Source: an uncultured Candidatus Peribacteria bacterium (GTDB lineage Bacteria > Patescibacteriota > Gracilibacteria > Absconditabacterales > Absconditicoccaceae). From it: a stretch of 64,000 bases of DNA. The notes under the pieces are model-generated. The model saw only the letters and a program-made list of their open reading frames with translations. It did not search any database and was not told where the DNA came from. Both the position numbers and the translations under genes were made by a program. Shown here piece after piece: positions 58,489 through 64,000 of this stretch. Each line of letters starts with the position of its first letter. Positions within the stretch are counted from its first letter, which is position 1. Where the stretch lies: contig CAYWIJ010000002.1 of assembly GCA_964458335.1 (NCBI GenBank), positions 26,379 through 90,378 of the forward strand, read 5' to 3'.

Positions 58489-59709
58489 TTATGCTAGTGA
58501 TCAATAACTATTAGCAATCTTATATTTTATCATACTTGATTCAGATAATCCTGTTATTTCTATATCTTTTTCAGGACTATACCCACTAGCATTTCTGTAT
58601 GTAACAAAAGTTCTAGATGAACTACCACTACCTATTTTTTTAGTGACTAACATAGTATGATAAGCACTTCCTCCAGATATTAGATGAACGACATCACCAA
58701 TTTCCATAGAAGATAGAGGATAGGAAGCAAGTACTATGCTTCCAGAATTGGCTATATAAGTCTTCAAATAATCGGCTGCTGTCCAACTTGGACTTCTATG
58801 GATCCCAGATGGTGGAGGAGATGTATATCCAGGAAGATGAAACCATTTATAACTTCCAGATGATACCTGATTCCAGCCACCTGCTTGTAAACATTGTGAT
58901 ACAAAATTAGTACAGTCTCCTCCATAACTACTATAATCTGGATAATTAGAACTAGGTGAAAAGACATGAGCATGAGCATAATTTTTGGCTGCAGTCCTAT
59001 TATAGGTTATAAGAATTTTGTTACTTATACTACTGTCAATATTTATAATGGGTTCTGTTTGCTCAGAAGGTTGTTCTCTATACCAACGAGGATATAATCC
59101 AAAAGGACCCTTTTCTTTCCATGATTCAATCATCCACTTCCCATTTGTGAATGTCAATACAACTTCATCATAAGGTACACCAATTCCACTCTCAAAATTT
59201 TCAGTTATGTTATTTTCTACATAACTATAAGTAAGAGCTGCATCTTCTACTATATTATAGATAGTAAGTTTATCTCCAGATTGTTGAAAAGAACCGATTC
59301 TTCCAGGAATAATTTCTCCTGAGTGCCACTTTATTTTGCTTCTATAGAAAACAATAGTAGTACCTTGTTGGGTGAGTGATTTATAGTTATCAATTTCTTG
59401 TTGTAATATATCACTTCCACTTATTACATTCCATTGTGGTTTTTGTTCTTTCTTCATCAAGTATTCATATTGGGAGTTCAAAAAACTTTGAATAATAGGA
59501 ATGATTTGTTGTTGTATTTCACTTTCTGTTAAAATTTTAGCAGAAGTTTGATTAGTTTGGGCTATCTCAGGTTTCATAAGATCATCATCCTGCTGACAAC
59601 CAGTCAGAAAGAGACCGAATAATGCGATCACGAAGAACGTGAACAATGTTGTTTGTTTCATAATTTTTGTTTTTGAATTGTTAATAATTTTTTGAATTGT
59701 TGTTTTCAT
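58489..59709 (-). CDS. lipoprotein with C-terminal putative amidase domain (cell-wall hydrolase-like)
   Basis: LFGLFLTG|C lipobox. YNRTAAKNYAHAH..YGGDCTNFVSQCLQAGGW..W matches the putative-amidase-domain (Amidase_6-like) signature. About 400 aa with no internal TGA. The standard-code TGA stop at 58501 is read through for 4 codons to TAA 58489-58491. The start is 59709 or 59661. Confidence 0.8.
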
Positions 59710-59929
59710 AAGAATGAAATGTTTAAATGTTGTTAATAAATACTAAGGATTTTGGTTAAAAAATAAAAGAGAAAAATTGACACAAGGAGTACTATACGAA
59801 AACTGCCAAAAAAAAAGCAAGTCAATTTTTATAGTACAACTTATTTTCTCCAAAAAAGACTTTGAAATTTATATGATGATCAGTATAGATAGAGTATTCT
59901 GATTTATTTTGTGAAATAAGGAAAAAGAG

Positions 59930-61375
59930 ATGCTTCAGCGTAATTCCAAATATACTCGTAAACCACTCCACCCAGCGAAGATCACCAAGCCAAAGACTTC
60001 GAAAACTGAAAAAATCGTACGATGGAGTCTGTTTGGAATTTTTTTGATAATATCATATTTTGCAGGATGGATGCAGACATGGGCGAAACAAGTCACCAAT
60101 GGAATTGCTTATATTGCTTGATCAACTATTGGTAGCTCTGTACAGAAAGATGAATCCAAAAATATCAATATTCTTTTGGCAGGATATGGATGAGGGACGC
60201 ATGAAGGCGCACAACTTGCTGATACGATTATGGTAGCTTCTTATAATACCAAACAACATTCTGTATCTATGATATCTATACCCAGAGATTTATTAGTACT
60301 GAATAAATCTGGAGATGTGGTGAAAGTAAATTCCATTCTTTCTCGTGCATATAATAGTAATGGATGAGATATCAGAGCAGCAGCACAGGTACTTATCAGT
60401 AGTGTACAAAAAATAACAGGTCTGACTATACCGTATTACGCTATGATAGATTTTGATGGATTTGTAGAGGTCGTCGATTCGGTAGGAGGTATTGATATTA
60501 ATGTGCCACAACACTTTTTAGATACACAATATCCTGTAGATTGGAACGGTACGTATGAGATCTTTGAACTTTTTGAATGATGGAATCATCTCTCAGGACC
60601 TAATACTCTAAAATATGCCAGATCAAGACATAGTACATCAGACTTTTCACGTTCGAAGAGACAACAACAGATTATTGAGGCAATAGCGAAGAAAATTATC
60701 AATTCTGATAACCTTTCACTAAGTAAAATCAAAGAACTTTATAGTTATTATACGACTATAGTAAAAACAAATTTGGGTATAGATGATATGATTGGGCTTG
60801 CTAAAAATGGAACAAATTTCCCTACAATGTTTGCTTTTGGATATACGACACAATGTTCTAATACTATACGAAGGACTATGGTAGCATGATGCGTATTAAG
60901 AGATGCAACATGATGATTATTACCAGCACAAAGTACAGGATGAAATATAGAAGCATATACTGATACCCAGTTTTTTGCACAGATTGTTTCTTCAAATCCA
61001 ACATTCTTATCAGAAGATGCTCAAATAATTGTCTATAATGCTAGTGATAAAGAATTAGCAAAAACACTTCCATTTGGAGATGGTATAGCGTCAAAAATAG
61101 CATCAAAACTCAGAAGATATGCACTTGATGTACAAGAAGTGACCAACGCAGACTCAGTCAGTACAGGTACTTTTGTAGAAATCTATGGTACAGGAACATA
61201 TGACCACACGATAGAACTCATGAAAAAATTTGTTCCTATTCAACAAGTTATTACCTATCCTGATAGAATCAATACTCAAGGAGTGATGAAAACATGAGAT
61301 GTATATTTGTATCTGGGAGATGATTATTTGAACATGGTAGGAAACAGTGAGTTTGATTTTTATAGTACTTTATAA
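59930..61375 (+). CDS. LytR-CpsA-Psr (LCP) family phosphotransferase
   Basis: N-terminal TM segment, then NILLAGYGGGTHEGAQLADTIMVAS, SIPRDL, INSILS, YYAMIDFDGF and KYARSRHSTSDFSRSKRQQ. 481 aa. The frame was hand-scanned. Confidence 0.85.
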
Positions 61376-61429
61376 GAGCGTCACCCTGAGTTTGTTGAAG
61401 GGTCTATTTATTATTATTTTAGATATTTT

Positions 61430-61461
61430 TTACTGGATTCTTCACTTTGTTCAGAATGACA
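61430..61461. repeat. 32-nt half-element overlapping the start of the glycosylase gene
   Basis: ttactggattcttcactttgttcagaatgaca. The ATG inside gaATGaca (61456) is the predicted start codon. Confidence 0.6.
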
Positions 61462-62400
61462 ATACCTCCACAACAAATCGAACAATTTCAATCAGATATT
61501 CGAAAACGACGAGCAATGAATCGTAGAGATTTGCCATGGAGAAAAACAACAGATCCCTATAAAATTTGGATATCTGAAACGATGCTTTGTCAGACACAGG
61601 TTAATAGAGTCATTACGTATTATAATGACTGGCTCAGAACATTTCCAACAGTAGAATCATTAGCACAAGCAAGTACAACTGATGTCTTATCTGCTTGGTC
61701 AGGTCTGGGTTATAATAGTAGAGGATTGAGAGTATTACAAGCAGCGAAAGAAATTCTAAATTCTAGATTTTGAATTTTGAATGAAGGGGTCATTGCAACG
61801 CAGGACGCAATCCATGACAAATGAAAATCACAATATCTGGATTGCCACGCTCCATTACATTTCGCTCGCAATGACGAATCATTTCCAAATACTTACTCTG
61901 ATCTTATTACTCTTCCCTGAGTAGGAGATTATGTAGCCAATGCAATCTTAGCATTTGCTTATGGACAAGATGTGGCGGTGATAGATACGAATATCAGAAG
62001 AATTTTCATTCATCACTTTTCGTTAGATGAAAAAATCTCACTCAAGGAATTGAAAGAAGTTGCTCTCCAAGTTTTGCCTCACTGATATGCGACTGATCGA
62101 TATAATGCATTGATGGATTATGGAGCTTTAGAATTAACAGCCAAAAAGAGTGGTATCAGACCACTGACCCGTCAGAGTACATTCGAAGGCTCAAGGAGAC
62201 AGGTGAGAGCTTGGATAGTAAAGGAAATTGTAAATTCTAAGTTATGAATTCTAAATTATATTGATATACAAAAAAGATTTCCTGATCGTAATGATATCAA
62301 GAGTATTATTGATGATTTGGTGAAAGAAAACGTGATAGAAATTGACTTAATTCGAACGAAGGGAGAGAAAAATTGAAGATTAAAAATTAAAGACTTATAA
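61456..62400 (+). CDS. HhH-GPD DNA glycosylase (MutY/Nth-like, apparently without Fe-S cluster loop)
   Basis: LPWRKTTDPYKIWISETMLCQTQV, LGYNSRG, LPGVGDYVANAIL and VIDTNIRR. No Cys-x6-Cys-x2-Cys-x5-Cys segment after ALMDYGA. 314 aa. Contains in-frame repeat inserts. Confidence 0.8.
61789..61875. repeat. palindromic REP/RPE-like element inside the glycosylase gene, read in frame (87 nt = 29 codons)
   Basis: gtcattgcaacgcaggacgcaatcc...ggattgccacgctccattacatttcgctcgcaatgac. Same family as 56017-56084 and shares attgccacgctcc..t.c.tt.cgctcgcaatgac. Encodes VIATQDAIHDKGKSQYLDCHAPLHFARND. Confidence 0.75.
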
Positions 62401-62439
62401 AACATATTGACATAGACATATATATTATGTATAAATATA

Positions 62440-62459
62440 TTGTCCTGTTCGTTTGTTCT
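62440..62459. repeat. left inverted repeat flanking the T9SS-CTD gene
   Basis: ttgtcctgttcgtttgttct. Its reverse complement recurs at 63879-63901 with a 3-nt insertion. Confidence 0.7.
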
Positions 62460-62513
62460 TTAAAAAATCAATAACTAATCGCTCTTTTATAGAGCATAAA
62501 AACTTAAAACAAA

Positions 62514-63875
62514 ATGAAAAAAATCTTACTAATCGCTTTTGTTATAGTAACTACTGTAGCGAAAGCACAAATAAATTTTGATCCTTATGTGACGTATCCT
62601 ACTGGTTCTGCATTTCATTTTGTAGAATCGGGAGATATCGATGGGGATGGCGATCTTGATCTTGTGGGTGCTACAACCTTTGGAAATGATCCAGTAAATG
62701 ACTATATGCTAGTTATTTGGATCAATAATAATGGAACATTAGCTTCACCAATTAAAATTCCGTACGGCGGAGTAACAGGTTCAGCTACTGGTATTACACT
62801 AGAAGATCTTGATGGTGATGGTAAGAAGGAAATAATATTTGTAGTAGAACAAGAACTACAGGTATGGAAATATTATAATAATAACAATATTGTAAATCAA
62901 TTTTTTACTGTCACTGGCAATACAATAGATGGTGTTTCTGTGGGAGATCTTGATGGTGATGGTCGTAAAGATATTGCTGTCAGTCATTGGAATTCTCCAT
63001 GGATCTCTGTTTTGTATAATGAAAATAATAATTTCTCATTTACTAAGATAGATTATCCTATGGTACAAGGAGGTTATGATCAGATTCTCATCGGTCGTCT
63101 CGATAATGATAACTACAATAGTTTGATTTATATGAGAGGACAAGGATTGGAAAATGATATAGAGATTTTGAGGATAGGCTCGAATAGAGCTATCCAAGAA
63201 ACCAAACATCTCAATCTCTTAGACCCTACTGCTCAACCTCATGGTATTGCACTTGGAAATCCTGATGGTAGTACCAATAGAAAGTTAGCAATAACTTCAG
63301 GCGGTAATATGCCCAATGCGTGGTATTCCTTATCGAATGGAAATATGCTTCAAAATACAATGCAAACATTCCATAATCCGCAAACCGTAAGGTTTGGGAA
63401 TTTGATAGGTGATAATCGTGATGAATTAGTAATTTTGCATGGAGGGTATCAAACCCTGAGTGTACACAATATGCTTACTTATCAAGTAACATATTTTGAT
63501 GTACCATATGCTAGTCATTACCAACCAACGGAAATGACTATTGGTGATTTCAATAACGATGGCAAGCCAGATATAGCTCTTGCAAATTATCTCCACGGAC
63601 TGATTATACTGTATAATACGAGTATACTCGCTGTAGATGATGTTTCACGAGATATCGCTATTTCTATCTATCCGAATCCCGCTACTGATTATATCAGCGT
63701 GAAGACCAAAGAAAAAATTAAAAAACTTGAGCTGTATGATCTTAGTGGTCGTAAAGTAAAAGAAAAATTTAGTACTTCACAAATGAATATCTCAGAAAAA
63801 ACTCCAGGTACCTATGTGCTTCGAGTTGAGTTAACAAATGGAGAGAATTTCTCCACAAAAATAATCAAACAATAA
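62514..63875 (+). CDS. FG-GAP/VCBS-repeat protein with T9SS type-A C-terminal sorting domain
   Basis: Signal peptide MKKILLIAFVIVTTVAKAQ. Repeated D.DGDG..D motifs. The C-terminal IYPNPATDYISV...LELYDLSGRKV......GTYVLRVE...G....KIIKQ is typical of Por/T9SS CTDs. 453 aa with about 40 Gly and no TGA. Confidence 0.85.
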   Translation: MKKILLIAFVIVTTVAKAQINFDPYVTYPTGSAFHFVESGDIDGDGDLDLVGATTFGNDPVNDYMLVIWINNNGTLASPIKIPYGGVTGSATGITLEDLDGDGKKEIIFVVEQELQVWKYYNNNNIVNQFFTVTGNTIDGVSVGDLDGDGRKDIAVSHWNSPWISVLYNENNNFSFTKIDYPMVQGGYDQILIGRLDNDNYNSLIYMRGQGLENDIEILRIGSNRAIQETKHLNLLDPTAQPHGIALGNPDGSTNRKLAITSGGNMPNAWYSLSNGNMLQNTMQTFHNPQTVRFGNLIGDNRDELVILHGGYQTLSVHNMLTYQVTYFDVPYASHYQPTEMTIGDFNNDGKPDIALANYLHGLIILYNTSILAVDDVSRDIAISIYPNPATDYISVKTKEKIKKLELYDLSGRKVKEKFSTSQMNISEKTPGTYVLRVELTNGENFSTKIIKQ

Positions 63876-63878
63876 ATT

Positions 63879-63901
63879 AGAACAAACAACGAACAGGACA
63901 A
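63879..63901. repeat. right inverted repeat flanking the T9SS-CTD gene
   Basis: agaacaaacAACgaacaggacaa is the reverse complement of 62440-62459 plus a 3-nt indel. It starts 4 nt after the stop codon. Confidence 0.7.
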
Positions 63902-63908
63902 ACAGATT

Positions 63909-63940
63909 TAGCCTTAGAGATTTCTCCGAGGCTATTTTTT
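63909..63940 (+). terminator. rho-independent terminator
   Basis: tagcct/aggcta outer stem, gaga/tctc inner stem, then a T6 run. Confidence 0.65.
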
Positions 63941-64000
63941 ATTGCTTACTTTTTCTTTTGCTTTCCTTCTATCAATAATTATAAGTTGTTAGGTACTAGG

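Noticed and set aside
62514-63875. The T9SS-CTD gene as contamination or a chimeric contig end.
   Set aside because: This is not fully excluded. However, genome-specific repeat families and a TGA-using gene flank it within about 40-70 nt on both sides, so I report it as a candidate HGT cassette with read-level validation required.

Overview
This window only makes sense under genetic code 25 (TGA = Gly), used by Gracilibacteria and Absconditabacteria/SR1 in the CPR/Patescibacteria. The supplied standard-code ORF track is therefore badly fragmented. In gyrA, leuS, dnaX, murD, pilB and a P-type ATPase, every in-frame TGA I checked falls on a conserved glycine ([43 protein letters not shown]), and only TAA/TAG act as stops. 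I re-derived all genes by hand under that code and scanned most junctions codon by codon.

The window holds about 55 CDS and one RNase P RNA. I found no tRNA, rRNA or CRISPR array.

- **Housekeeping:** dnaX, murD, trmB, gyrA, leuS, pyrophosphatase, HIT, peroxiredoxin, a Ca/cation P-type ATPase and an M29 aminopeptidase.
- **Type IV pilus set:** pilB, pilC and two pilins, one fused to a leucine-rich-repeat domain.
- **Other content:** a polyphosphate pair (PPK2 + VTC), large orphan proteins (1863 aa and 861 aa), and a BspA/cadherin/SLH surface protein.

The most interesting locus is an ~8-kb very AT-rich island at about 31.2-39.2 kb, where TGA is the dominant glycine codon and the ORF track is almost empty. 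It carries a consensus-promoter-driven operon: ECF S, ECF T, a fused A-A' ATPase, an AadA-like nucleotidyltransferase, a complete HisRS and a degenerate HisRS paralogue. This operon faces an NDK-like gene and an S66/MccF-like peptidase, next to a second S66 peptidase of normal composition. I propose, as inference only, an aminoacyl-nucleotide (His-AMP-like) metabolite or immunity system.

Other notable signals:
- Palindromic REP/RPE-like elements are inserted in frame in dnaX, pgeF, a MutY-like gene and leuS.
- Long genes completely lack TGA and so look foreign to this code. These include an FG-GAP protein with a Bacteroidota-type T9SS sorting domain flanked by ~20-bp inverted repeats, and an amidase lipoprotein.
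- Several families of short intergenic repeats recur.

Start codons and ncRNA ends are approximate. No database search was possible, and all family calls rest on motifs I recognise by eye.
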